A stretch of DNA of 64,000 nt from Chlorokybus atmophyticus (GCA_009103225.1 RHPI01002264.1:294170-358169); one strand, 5' to 3'; shown: positions 23,851-37,227, numbered from the stretch's first letter. Numbers and translations: made by a program. The notes: generated from the letters alone by a model not told the origin.

Positions 23851-24044
23851 GTGACGTGACATGACACGCATGAGACGCGGCTTTTCAAGTTGCCGACGGC
23901 CGCTGCGTGTTGTGATTTTATCTCCAGCCAGCTGCCTCTAACGCCCACGACTCAGTAGGCCATCTGGACCGCACAACGGCAGCTTCAAATGACGCAGCGC
24001 TATTTCTGTCAACCTCCCAAACACAGGGTAGATTTGCTGACGAC
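23851..24044 (+). promoter_or_regulatory. Conserved upstream module, copy 2 (antisense to RLK2, ~600 bp before its ATG)
   Basis: Alignable with 209-372 and 28757-28987. Confidence 0.6.
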
Positions 24045-26399
24045 ATAACTGAATTGAGGTTGATTACTAGTTGACTAAGTAGCGGTGCCTTGGAAATGTT
24101 ACATCACATACACGTAATGAGGCTGCGCGTCACAATTGAAGCAGTACTTGATGTTGAGCTTGATTTCAAGCTAGCATATAGTGCTATTATGATTGAAACT
24201 GCACTGCCTCGGGTAATCAATTTTGATTAAGTTTATCTAATGATTACTTTTCCGAAGCCAATTGGATTAGGAGGCGCAGTCCGGTCAATTAACAATCGAT
24301 GTCGATTGGTGGGGTAATCGCAGCGATTACTGCATGCAGCCCACTAATTAATTTTAATTGTAAGGTCACAGATCCGGAGTGGAAGAAATTTGGATTATAG
24401 GAAGCTACCAGAAAGCGATACGTGCACTGCCTCAGCCTGATATCACATCAGCCTGATGTACGTGTCAATCAGGGTGACGGACACCTACATATACTTAATT
24501 AGTATTACTGCCCGCCACTACTCCACCCATCAATGCATGTTGCACAAAACGCGAGTAGTAGCACCACCATATAGTATACTACCGAGCTACTGCTGGTAGC
24601 AGCCAGCCAGCAATGCAACGAAGCAACTCACGCGCTTTAACAACCAATCACATCTTGCATTGAGCAAAGCATGTTGGGCTATCTTGTTGCTTGCGCCTTT
24701 AAGCATCACGCGCCAACGTAAACGCAACCACTATACAACCACGTGCACTGCGCAGTGCCTAAGTTGCACTCAGTATCCCACATCAAATTGCAACTACCGC
24801 ACACATGTACCAAGAGTCACCGGCCCTTTTATTGGGGATTGTGACATCAATTATAAAGCCCCTCCCCCCCCTCCGCCCCCTCCTTAGCGGGCATGCCAAG
24901 TTGTTGCTGACGCGGGTGTACACCCAAACTATCACGCACATAAGGCTGGCAAAAGTCATTTTTTGTTCCTTACTTATGTTAGTAAGAAGGGACTAGTGGG
25001 TTTTTCATGTCATAAGCGAGTGTAGTGCTTATGAGGTGTGCTCTCATGCGATCCGCTCTTGAACCTGTGCGGCCTTGAGTATACGTATAATAAACTACAC
25101 AAGGCAGTGATGAGGGCTAGCACAGAGCTAGTCAATGCCTATGGCACGTGAGCCTTCGTTATCGTACTGTGAGTTGCCACAGGAAGTGGCAGTTGCAAGA
25201 CAGTGAGCCAAGTTGGCAGTCCACAGGATGTGGACTATGGTAGTGCGATTTGCCACAGGTGTGACAGTCGCAAGGCAAGTGGTGCCTGCAGTTGTGGGCA
25301 ATTCGCAAGTATATATGTACTATGAGCGCCTAAGTTTGTGATTCTGAGGTAGGTTTGTTATTTTCATGAGATTCAGAGGTGGTTTGATACTCCCGAGGTG
25401 GAGTTTGTTGGTTCCCATCGGTAATGTTGGGACAAGGTCAGCGCATAGTGAAAAGGCCTATGTGGCCTTGGACATCCTGCGTGCCAGGTCGGGACAACAG
25501 CATGTGGTATAAATGCTAAGTTGCATCCATGCGTAGGGATGGGATCAGTATTAATCAAGACATCAGAGTGTGTTCACCACTTGAGGGCCATTTGTGTGGG
25601 GTGCCTGGCTAGTAGCTGTTCAAGGGGCTCTCCCCCTCATTCCTTGTGGGGTGTGCGGTGGGGTGTATGAGTCTGGGTGAGTTGGGCGCGTATGTGCCTG
25701 GAGCTAAAGCTGACCAGCTCCAGAGCTGTGTGGAGAGGTTGGTGGTCATCCTCTCCTCCCTTTGTGCGCTGCTGCAACTTCCCCTGCACCGTGGTGCTGG
25801 TGAGACTTCCGATTTAAGTCCTTAGGGCTTGTGCGTAAGTTTGCCAAGCCCAGCAAGTAAGTAGTAGTATCTTTAAACAGACACGCCCATCATGGTACAT
25901 GATGTAAGGATCGTACCACGTGCTTGATGAATACTTGTTAAGTTCATCATGCGCAGCAAGCGGGTGGAAGCCTTTGCACATTTGTTGACATATTCAATCT
26001 TTTGTATTTAGGCCTGGTGTTGTTCCTTTTTAAACTCCGAAATAATGTGTTGAGTCACATGTAGTTAGTGTTGCAGCACAATCTGTACACTTCACACATC
26101 CCTCCGATATGAGGTTCTGTCACCGACATGGCATGACACACTAATAATCAGCACATGTGCCCAATTGCACTTGGTATATATATATACCAGTCATTTGTTT
26201 ACGCATGAACATAGAGTTTACATTAGCCAGTTGAGAGTCTTTAGAGTACAACTTAGCTGTACATCTAGAGTATCTGATCGCTCAGCCAGCAGAGTATCGT
26301 TATATCAAGCACTAGGCGCGGCTTGAGAAGATCTTTTCAGGATGTGCCGTGAAGTGCGGCGGCGGCTTCGGCACAGCGCGGTCGCCGCCGAAGCGGAGG

Positions 26400-26645
26400 A
26401 GACCTCTGAAGTACGGCTGCAAGTAGAGGCAAGTCGCGGGCCCCTGTGTACAGCTGCGTCGTGGGGGCTGAAGCGCGCGGTAGTCCGCCGTAGCGAAGGC
26501 CCTGGAGTACGGCCGCCGTGCTGGGCAAGCAACGAAAGGTCGCCGCCGAAGCGGAAAGAGACCCCTGTAGTACAGCCGCGGATCGAGGCAGCTCGCGCGG
26601 TCGCTGTAGCGGAAGACCCATCAGACCCATCAGTACGACCGCGTG
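26400..26645 (+). repeat. Degenerate GC-rich tandem repeat, unit ~60 bp
   Basis: GTAC(A/G)(G/A)CYGC core at 26411, 26448, 26507, 26570, 26633; GTCGCCGCCGAAGCGGA occurs twice. Confidence 0.6.
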
Positions 26646-27162
26646 CCGGGCCCAGCAACGCGGAAGTATTTACCCGACCGCGGCGCAAGCCAAAAACTTG
26701 CTGTGCGGCGGGGCCGGGATTTGCACCCCGGCCTCCCTGACCGAAGGCCGGCAGTCATCCGACTGCACCACAGCCCCGACAGGTGGTAGGTATCACTTAT
26801 TCAAACTACGTCATGTTGAGACAAATGGAGAAAGCCACTACGCTACTCTAGCAACCTCAAGTTGCGAACAATCTCGGCTGCAGTTGGCCGCATGGGTGCT
26901 TGCGCCGTGCATCGGACTGCCAATATTATCAGAGACGAATGCCTCTATGTCCATGGTATCACGCATCAGCAGATCCACTAGCTCATTGGCAATGTCCCTC
27001 TCCACCTTGCTATCACCTATTCCATCCACAAAAACACATATATATGAGTGCGCATGCGTGCCTAACTCACAAGCCACTACGCATGTCAAATTTGGGTAAC
27101 ACATCACAACACGTGTTGGTACTATAACACAATCCAACATACTACAAACACACGCGCATCGG

Positions 27163-27833
27163 TGTGACGGTGCTCGTGCCTTGTCACCTGTGAGTTGGTC
27201 CAATCCACAACCCTCTCACCAAGACACGGTATTCACACCGGAACCTTGCCCCCTCTGCCAAGCACACACGCGCGCCCCGCCACTCGCGTACGCACGCGCA
27301 TGCGCTCGAAGCTACACACCGACTTGTGTAGCGCCTTGGATCGTCACACAAGCAAGCACACACCGGTGGGCACACGCTAGCAACCCCTGCTAACCACCAC
27401 CAAGCTTGCACACAAGAAACTAGGGAGCTAAAGGTTGTATTGCAAATTGTAGGATGTCACTTTTATACCTACCAGTCTGCACATGCTATTGTCTAGACGA
27501 TTCTAGCGCTAGACGGAACTAGAAGCTAAGATATTCTTGCAGAATCTTGTAGTACACTTCTAGACCTTTCCAACGCACCAAAGATCTCCTAATTTGCTGC
27601 TCATATGGTCAAGTTATACTACTTGGCGCCAGGCCCTTCCAGAAATCTGGTCGAGCCCTTCTCGACTGGCCCTCCGTTTCTGGCACCTTCCGGACTGGTC
27701 TTGGGGCCCCGGTCGATATCCGCGGCAGACTCATAACTCGCCGATATCCGCCACAAGTCATTAAAAACATGTACCTTACAAATAAGGCCTAAAACGGCCA
27801 TGAAAATCACAGAATTTGGCCTTGACTGTTACA
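27163..27833 (-). mobile_element. Solo LTR of Gypsy family B
   Basis: TG...CA termini, near-identical to 50828-51500 and 56198-56869, flanked by 5-bp TSD ATCGG (27158-27162 and 27834-27838), no internal domain. Confidence 0.95.
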
Positions 27834-27854
27834 ATCGGTTTGATGTCGCTTACC

Positions 27855-28340
27855 CATAGTAAGAGGTGTTGCTCGCCCGAGGGTCTTCTTTCATGCAAAG
27901 GGCTTTCAAGCAGTCAACACCATCATCACGCCGAAGCTGTAGATATCGCTCTCTCGCATTCTTTTTCCACTCGCCACATACTAATGCACACAACCACAGT
28001 CAACTTCACAAGCCACACATCCGCACATTCACATATAATAATTGTTGCAATCACGACGTGAGGTGCGTGCATGCACATGCAACCACAAGGTGCAAGCGTG
28101 CTCTCACTCAGGGCTTATGCATCTAAACGTAACCACAATACGCGTGCTTTGAGTCCCTTCGAAGCTTTTGGCCAAGCCAAAGTCCGCAATCTGTCACATG
28201 AGGTGAGCCTTGTGTGGGCTTCACAAACCAACATGTAGTCGCTCCTCGCAATTGCTCTCACCCTGGGTGCAAGGTTTTCGTCCAGAAGCACGTTGTTGGG
28301 TTTGAGGTCGCGATGCACGACGGGTGTGTGTAGGTAGTCG
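27855..28340 (-). pseudogene. Degraded RLK/Pelle kinase fragment of a different subfamily
   Basis: YLHTPVVHRDLKPNNVLLDENLAPR, intron, IADFGLAKSFEGTQSTRIVVTFRCISPE*, then SDIYSFGVMMVLTA*KP; stops present. Confidence 0.75.
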
Positions 28341-28756
28341 CACCGCTGCATACGGTCAGGGATGTCCAGCAACAACTCCCATTTTGTTTAACTGGCTACC
28401 CCTCAAAGAAAACTTCACTGTGTTTGCAGTATTACACTTTGATCAGTAGTAGTACTCCCCGAACGCATTCCCTGTGGTAACCCTCAGTTCAAAGCCAGGT
28501 GCAATTTGAAACGTCTATGTAACCAGATGACTTCTCCAGCAAGCTGTTGACAAGTTATGGATAGGTGTTTCGATCCCTGTTTGAGCCACCTCCATCCCGC
28601 CAATGTCATCCGCCACTTCAGCAAGTAGGTTAGCACTATTGTGTATAAGCAGCAGCAAGTTACGAACAGCCACTGGGTTGTGCTTGCCGCTAAGCAGTGC
28701 ACAGACCAGGGAGCGACTAGGCCAGTCATGTCGTCAGCAAGTGTGTGACGGTGCTC

Positions 28757-28987
28757 TGACGTGACAGGGTAAGCAAGGAACGCGTCTTTCCCAGTTGCAG
28801 GCGGCCACTCTGTGTTAACTCGTAAGCAAACAAAGGGGATTATCTTATTTTGAGCCAGCTGCACCTCTAAGACCAGCGAATCAGTAGGCCAGCTGCGGAC
28901 CGCACAATGCAGCCGTCAATGTCGTAGCTCAAATGACGCAGCGCCGTCTCTGTCAACTCCCCCTAAACACAACGTAGATTCGTTGAC
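28757..28987 (+). promoter_or_regulatory. Conserved upstream module, copy 3 (sense, ~190 bp before the kinase-less paralog)
   Basis: Alignable with 209-372 and 23851-24044. Confidence 0.6.
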
Positions 28988-29179
28988 TGAGCAGCTTAAC
29001 TTCACTCGCAGCCAGGCGAGTGAGGTCGTATCGCTAACATGCCTTAGAAAGGTTGCGTGTTTTAGAGTCTTCCAGCTGCCGAGAACAGAACCGCCAGCTG
29101 AAGATGAAGTGCTTGTGTCGAAGATCACCAGCAGACAACAGCGAACAGCACTGCGGCATTTGCTTGTTGATTCGCGGTC

Positions 29180-29311
29180 ACGCTGCGCTGGTTGGTGGAG
29201 AGGCGGCTGTGGCTATGGCTGCTGCTGTTGTGCAATGGCACACAAATAGCAGGTTGGTCAGTGTGTCCATTTCGCCTCGTGTCCACTTCCATCATTTCAT
29301 TTGCAGTGTGG

Positions 29312-29366
<55 letters not shown>

Positions 29367-30379
29367 NGTGGCACACGAGAGGCTGCCATCAACATCACAT
29401 CCGTGCCATACTCGTACTGTGGCAGCACAGTTGGGGCAGGCAGCAACTATACTTTCACCGCCGCATGCAATGCGACTGATGGGCCTGATGTTGTGTTCCG
29501 GTGAGCGCTGGCACAGGCTTGCGTCTGCGTATGCATGGTTTAGTCTCCTGTTGTCTCTTCATTGCACACGCTCAGGGCTAGTCAATGCGTCTCCTACCAG
29601 GTACTCTTCGGAGGAAGATGCTCTGGTGGACATTGGCACATGCACCTGCACCACGTTCGACACGGTGCTGTTTGTTTGCGACCAGCCGGATGGCTTGGGC
29701 AACTTTGACTGCCCTCTCGGGTGTGACGATGATGGCTGTGACACCATCTACTCTGGGTCTCGTGCGTCCCGGCTGACTGAGCTGCAATGCCGTGGCGGCA
29801 ACACCTACTATAGCGTGAGTCTGGACCTGAAGGGTGAATGCGCTGCTGCACGTGAGTAGTAGTACTGACCACTCTGTGGGGCTACCAGTACGTAAGAGAT
29901 TACGATGCTGAAGAGAGCGGCGACTTCCAGCTCACCATGAACTACACGGACTTGACCTACCATGCAGGTGGACATGCATGTTGCTGTACTGCACACGCAG
30001 CACGACACGTTTCCACGCACACAACGCTAAGCTGTGCATGTTGTGGCAGCAGGTGCACCTCCCCCACCCCCCATCATCTCAAACCCGCCTCCCGCTTCCG
30101 TCTCCTCTCCTCTACCACCATCACCACCACTGTTGTTAGCACCGCCATCACCACCATCGGCACAACCCCCTTTGCCCGCCGTCACGTCCCCTCCCGCGCC
30201 TGCTTCAAGCGTAAATGGTATGTTGTGGCGCTTCGTGTTGAGTCGCGCTACCACCACCCACAGTCACTGTTGTTATGATGGCTTATGCAGGGGCGCTGGT
30301 GGGTGCAGCGGTGGTTGGTTCCTTGCTGGTGGTTTGCTTGTGGCAGGCACTACAACACTCTTCATGTATTAAGACCTGA
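29180..30379 (+). pseudogene. Kinase-less paralog of RLK1 (PPC-like ectodomain, stalk, short TM); probable pseudogene or receptor-like protein
   Basis: Exons read GTREAAINITSVPYSY..PDVVFR / [36 protein letters not shown] / YVRDYD..GDFQLTMNY / Pro stalk / GALVGAAVVGSLLVVCLW..T*. ACG at the position of the RLK1 ATG; the exon 2 acceptor is hidden by an N at 29367. Confidence 0.75.
29315..29366. repeat. (TC)n microsatellite in intron 1 of the kinase-less paralog
   Basis: Direct reading; ends at a single N. Confidence 0.97.
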
Positions 30380-31873
30380 AGATTGGATGATGCGAGCCAC
30401 CAAAACTTAGTTACAAAAGTCAAATGCTTCAACATCTTTAAATGTCCAATGGAAAGTGCATTTTTTCCCTTTTCATTCAAAGACGCTATGCAACAATGGG
30501 TATGCGCTGGAGCAGGTTACAACTAGCTCCATGTAGCTAACACTACTTTGTAAGCGGCTGCTAGTAGCTACTTACCATAAGTTCTCCTTGCTTCAGTGTA
30601 AGTTATTTGAGACTCGTGGCAAGTGATAGCATAGACCATTGTGTATGTGTTCACATCAGCATGCACTTGTGCACAGATGCTGCATGCTGGTTGTAAGACC
30701 GCATCATGAGTCCAAGTGATTTGTACTTCTGCACGGTATTTCAAAGATATTCAGGTAAGCCTAGGTTATTAGCTTATCGCATGCAGTAGTGCAAACCGAG
30801 CGCAAGACCATGACATTTGCAGTCATGCAACGTGAGCTTTTGTATGGGCCACAAACGGTAACAACCACATTATACTATAATGTGGTTATAATAGTAATGC
30901 CGTTTATTGAGTGCGGACTTTTATCGCTATATATCTTTATCTATGCTATGCTTAGCGATCCGCTGCATAGAACGGCGCAATCCTGTCAACAACACACGTC
31001 CCTAGGACAATTGTCCTGCTACAGCCTACCATGCAAAATCATACATCTAACGCTGTGCCTATATGAGCGTCCCCCCGCACCTCACCGGCGTGCTCCTTTC
31101 TTCATACACCCTCGCGAACAAGCCAAGCAGCCTGCACCGTTGCATGACGCATCGTGTTCAACCGTGTGGCGATAGGCATGCATAATTACTAAACGGTTCC
31201 ATCAGGGCGTTGAACATGCAAATGACAGAACTTGCTGCATACATATAACCGCTTACCAATGTATAAACCGGCAACATATCCGTATCTTGAGCCACAGTGA
31301 CTGTAGCAGCATCCAGCTAAGCTACAGTGAAACACACACGATTGGTTTAGGTGTTGGGTTGCCGCATGCCGCGCAATGCATAGACTTCTGTCGTGAACTC
31401 CGCTTTATTAACAGCACCGCTGCTGCATGTGTCCACCACCTTCACCACCGCTTGCCGCTGCAACATCAATGACATAGACATATGTTGGCGCTGCTGCAGC
31501 AAGTTGTTTCCTCGCGCGATATCATCATGCTCACCTCAGCCGAAAAAACGGCTTGGTAGACAGACCTAAATGAGCCCATGCCAACTTGTCCGTGGCAGCG
31601 GCCAGGACCTGCGGCGAAAGCGCCAGGCCGCTGCCGCCAGCCTATAACATTACAAACATCATTATCATCATCATTATCATCATCATCATCAACATAATAA
31701 TGTGCAATGCCATATTACATGTCAGTTTAAGTTGGCCAGGCATCGACCATTGATTCAATGGCGACGCACAACTCACTATATGAATTTCATGAGTTGACCC
31801 ATACATTCATATGGTGTAACATGTCTCAGGAGCCGCTAAATAATGAACCGGCAATCAACCTTACTTCAATTGT

Positions 31874-32075
31874 GTAGTCAGCAAACTTACCTTGTGTTGG
31901 GGGAGGTTGATAGAAACAGCGCTGCGTTATTTGCAGCTGCCGTTGTGCGGTCCGGATGGTCAAGTGGCCTATTGGTGGTGTGAAAGGTGCAGCTGGCTCG
32001 AGATAAGGTCACAAAACACGGAGCGGCTGTCGGTAACCTGAAGAGCCGCGTCCCATGCTTGTCCTGTTACGTCAC
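31874..32075 (-). promoter_or_regulatory. Conserved upstream module, copy 4 (antisense to RLK3, now separated from it by ~10 kb of inserted TEs)
   Basis: 31874-32673 is the inverted homolog of the RLK2 upstream region (~23270-24044). Confidence 0.6.
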
Positions 32076-35000
32076 AGCATCGTCGCACGCTTGGCGATTC
32101 AATGTCCCCTTCAAAGCCAATATAACGATGTCATGGAGATCAGCCGCCTCCATGCATGGATTGCTTCCTTGGTGGTGAAGGGTCAAAGCAGCCTCCTACG
32201 CGGTGCCGCTGCGGTCCTCTTTGTTTTGACATCAAGAAGCGTTCACGCCGGTGGTTGCGGCATCGGACGGCGGCGGGGTGCGGGGCAGCGGCCCAAGTGA
32301 CGTAGTAAGCCAAGCGTGACCAAGTGATTACGTCACTTGAGATATGTGTTACTAATACTAATAGTTTACTCAAAGGTATCAGAGTGCCAAGTGACGCTAG
32401 CAGACTGCTCGAGCGACCGCGGCGTCAGCGCCGACGATGGCCAGCGGCAGGATGAGGGGTGTGGCCGGCATGTAGCTGCAGCAGCAGTCTGTGGATGATA
32501 ATACTTGCGCTCTGTCATCTTTGCAAGCGCTTGCTTGTTTGACGTTCGTCTATACGGTGTAGATCGGTTGTCTTTGCGGGCTGCTGCATGCATTGGGGCC
32601 TGGGCCCAAACACACTAGCAGCAGTCGTGACCCGCTGGTTACTATCTAGTGGCTTACGATCACCATGCATTGCAATGTGATGGGCACAAACAGCATGGGT
32701 CCAAGAATCATCAACATACAACTACTAGACATATGCATAGTAATCTGCTACGCCAAGTCCAATAAAGTCATGCCCGCCACATCCCCTAACTGTATCGCGA
32801 GCTGGCCCGGCGACTCGTGATGGGGCTGCCCGTACAGCACCCGCCGCCACAGCCAAGATAGCGGATGCCTGAGAGCGCTGCAGAACGACGAAAACACGGT
32901 GGTTGTAACGATGCTCGTGCTCACATACACAGCACACAAGTCATACAACACATGTGTGCAGCTGAGCACAATCTTCACACCGGAACCTTGCCTTCACTCG
33001 CGCACGCACGCACGCGTCGAGCGCGCACACGCACACGAACACTATTACTTCTCACGCCAAGCAAGAACGCAGCAGTGTGCCTTGGACCACAACTCCCTCA
33101 AGCATGCACCAGCATACTCACAGCAGAGAGCAGAAAACAAAGTTGGTTGCATTACACAGGGTTTTTCTATTTATACAAGCACTTAGGAAGAAATAGCCTA
33201 ATTAACAGGCATTTCATTATTCACTACCAAATCTAAAGGCAGGTCCAAGTGCAGGCTCCCCGCCACGCGCGTTGGGCCTTCGGCGGCTGTGTGACTGTGC
33301 AGTCCGCGTCACCTGGCACTGCACAGCGCGTGTCCAGTCAGCGGCTGTGTCACAACCGCGTGACAGATGGGTCACGTCGCCGAATTAGCTGCTGTCGAGC
33401 AGGTCGCAGGCGAGTCGCGCGCGGCAGCAGGGCAGGCGCCACATGGGCTTAATAAAGCTCATAAAAGCCCTCATCAAGCCAGCAAAAAATGCAAAATAAG
33501 TACTTTATGTACAATAAAATACAAAAAATGCCCCAGGCTGTTACACCCCTTCCCCCCCGGGGGAGCTCCGTCCTCGAAGCTGACGACTGCCTCCTCTGGC
33601 CTTGTAGTCTTGCAAGACCTGTTTGGCATTGGTAAAGCTCTCCTCGGGCTCGTTTGTCGCCTCGTGCATTGGATAGCCACGCCACTTCACCAAATACTTG
33701 CGCACGCCTCGGATCAGATTGTCCGTGACAATTGCTTCCACTTCCCACTCAGCCTCACCTTCACGAACCACATCTAGAGGCGGACGAGCTGGTGGCTCCC
33801 CTCGATAACCTTTAAGAAGCGAGACATGAAAAACAGGGTGCACATGCATGGTATTGGGCAGCTCCAGCTTGTAGGCCACCTTCGAGATGACCTTGATCAC
33901 TTTAAAGGGCCCAAACCATCGCTCACTCAGCTTGCGCACCCCCGTGACCAGCTGCACATGCTTGGTTGAAAGCATTACAAGGTCACCCTCCTCGAACACA
34001 ACATCCTTGCGACGCGCATCGGCGTATTGCTTTTGCCGGTTTTGCGCCACAAGCAGAGCCTCTCGAGCTGCCTTGGTAATGTCGGCACACCTTTCAAGAA
34101 AGCCGTCCACGGCCTCCACATCTGAACTTTGCATGCTAGGCACCCACGCCGTCAATGGCGTCAATGGATGTTGCCCATAGTTCATAAGGAAAGGTGTCAC
34201 GCCCGTGCTTGCACTCTTGTGGTTGTTAATGGTGAACTCAATCAGCTCCAGCATGTCTCCCCAATTGTCTTGGCGGCTGTTCACATAGCACCGTAGCATG
34301 TCTTCGATGACGCGGTTGGCGCGCTCCGTTTGGCCGTCCGTTTCAGGGTGGTACGCGGCGCTGAACTTCAAGCTCGTGCCTAGAGTTGCGTAAAGAGCTC
34401 TCCAAAAGTTGCCAGTAAACCGCGGGTCTCTATCACTGATAATGCTTTTTGGAAGGCCATGAGAGCGCACCACATGCTTGATGAACAACTTGGCAGCCTC
34501 GGGAGCTGTGCAAGTCTCCGTACATGGCGCCAATCGCACCATTTTGCTAGTCTTGTCCACAAACACCAAGATAGCATCATGCCCTTCACGTGTCCGTGGC
34601 AGCCCCGTGATGAAGTCAAGAGTAACTTGCTCCCACTTCGTCAAAGGTATCGGCAATGGTTGGAGCAGCCCACTGGCGCGTTGATTGCTCGCCTTCACCC
34701 TTTGACAAGTGTCGCACAATGCCACATAGTCCTTAACGTCACGATGCATCTCCGACCAGAAAAATTTCTGTTTCAACAAGGCTAGTGTCCGTTCCAGCCC
34801 TTGATGACCAGCCATTGGCACATCATGCGCTTCCTTCATCAATGCCACGCGCATGTGCGCAATGTTGGGTATGTACATGCGATCGCCATGCCATAGCAGC
34901 CCGTCCTTCAATGCCCAAAGGCCGCTATGTTCAGTCCCATTCTCCAACGCCTCAATGGTCTTCTCCCCCACCGCGTCCTCATGCAATAACGCACGGATCT

Positions 35001-37227
35001 GGTCAAGCCATTTGGGCTGCACTTGCACCACCATTTCAAGCGCGTTGAGTTGACGGCTTAATGCGTCCGGACCTTATTTGAACAGCCCGGCTTGTACTTC
35101 ACTTCAAAGTCGAAGAGTTGGAAGAATTCGAGCCAATGAGCTTGCCGCCGTGAGAGGTGAGGCTGCGTTTGAAGGTACCTTAATGGCGAGTGGTCCGTCT
35201 CAAGTGTGAACCGCTTGCCTTCAAGGAAACAACGCCATTGCCGTAGCGCTAGCACCTGCGCCAGCAATTCCTTCTCATGAACGGGGTAGTTGAGCTCAGC
35301 CCCGCTCATCTTCTTGCTGAAATAGGCCACCGGTTGCAAGCCGTTGCCGTGATCCTGCTGCAAAACAGCCCCAATAGCCTTGTCGGACGCATCACACGCC
35401 ACCACAAAGGGCAATTGCATGTTGGGATGCAGCAGCACGGGAGCCGATGTCAGGGCCTCTTTCAAGTCGGAAAATGCCTTTGTTGCAGCCTCCGACCAGC
35501 TCCAAGCCACCCCCTTCCTCAACGATGCCGTCAATGGTGCCGCCAAGTGCGAAAAGCCCTTTACAAACTTACGATAGTAGCCGGCAAGCCCTAGGAACGA
35601 CATGACACCCTTCACGTCCTTCGGGGCAGCCCAATCGCGCACCGCGGCAAGCTTGCTTGGATCTGCCTTGATTCCTTGCTTGGATACAATGTGGCCAAGG
35701 TATTCTACCTCTTCAAGCAAGAAGCGGCACTTGTTGAGCTGAGCAAACAACTTGTGTGTACGTAAACGCTGCATCACCTCGTGTAGCAATGCCACGTGCT
35801 CTCTCTTGCTCTTTGTGTACACAAGGATGTCGTCGAGGTACACTAGCACGCCCTTGCCAATCAGATCAGCAAAGACCTCATTCATCAAGGTTTGAAAGGT
35901 TGCCGGAGCATTTGTCATGCCAAAGGACATCACCAACCACTCATAGTGGCCATAGCGAGTGTTGAAAGCCGTCTTCTCGACGTCTTCGGGCGCAACACGG
36001 ATCTAATGGTAGCCACCAGCTAGGTCCAAGCTTGAGAAGAACTCAGCACCCTCGAGCTGCTCCAACAACTCATCAATGCGTGGCAAAGGGAACACATTCT
36101 TCTTGGTGATGTTGTTGAGTGGCCGATAGTCGATGCACATGCGCAAGGCTCCGCTCTTCTTACGTACAAATAGGATAGGTGCACCGTAAGGAGACTTGCT
36201 GTGCCTGATGTACCCACGTTGTAGAAGGTCCTCGACTTGGCTCCTCGCCTCTTCGAGTTCAGCCGGAGACAACTTGTACACCGGTCGGTACGGCGGCTTG
36301 TGCACGCCCTCTATCAGTTCCACACGGTGATCAACACTTCGCGTGGGTGGCAGACCAGCTGGTAGCCCATCCACCATGACGTCTTTGAACTCTTCAAGCA
36401 ACCTCTGCACCTCGGGGTCCTTCGAACTCTCCGAACCAGTGCCGACCAGCTCCAAGTCCGACTTGGGAGGTGTCTCACGCACCATGCACAGCCATGCATC
36501 CTTCACATTGTTCCCGGACCAGATCTGCTCCATCTTGGTCTTAGAAACTTGTGACACCAGCTCTGGAACCCCTCCCCTTGAGCTAGAAGCATGTTGTGGT
36601 GCAGCTTGCTGACGCGCCGTCGTGTCGTGCGCGTCACGCGCATGCAGCACATTGCTAGCAGCCTCGACGCAGCTCATACGCTCTTGAACCACACACGCGC
36701 CTTGCATTGAAGCATTGAAGCACATCAAAACCTCACCACCAGCTTCCGGGGTAGTGAGCACCCGCTTCCTCCAATCAATGGCGGGGTTATGTGACCAAAG
36801 CCAAGGCAGCCCCAAAATGCCATCAAAGCCGTTGTTCAGCTCGATGCAGCAAAACCGTAGGCGATCCTTCATCATCCCCACGTGCATTTCAAGCTCTTTG
36901 CTTTGCTTGGAAGCTCCTCCTGCTGGCGCATAGCCGTCCGCTAGAGCCACCGAGCCGGCATTTGCCCATGACAACCACTTGTGCCGACGCGCAACCTCAC
37001 GACTCATGAAGTTGCTGTTCGCGCCGCAATCCACCAGCATTTTGCACTCCATCCATGGCCCATTGCCCTCACGGATCAGAGCCATGACTCCCAACAGCTG
37101 CCTCGCCTTGTCGGGCACTCGAACCATACCGCTTTGCGTTGCCGTTGCGCACATGCCGCCAACCGTCAACAACGCTTCCACGCCAGCCGCTGGACATTCA
37201 ACATCATAGTGAGGCTGCATCACCACC

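Noticed and set aside
9542-26645. CRISPR-like interpretation of the short repeat arrays
   Set aside because: Eukaryotic context, no unique spacers between identical repeats and no cas genes.
26760-27160. Possible last kinase exon (LEVARVA) of the 27855-28340 pseudogene
   Set aside because: No RP motif and several stops; similarity too weak.
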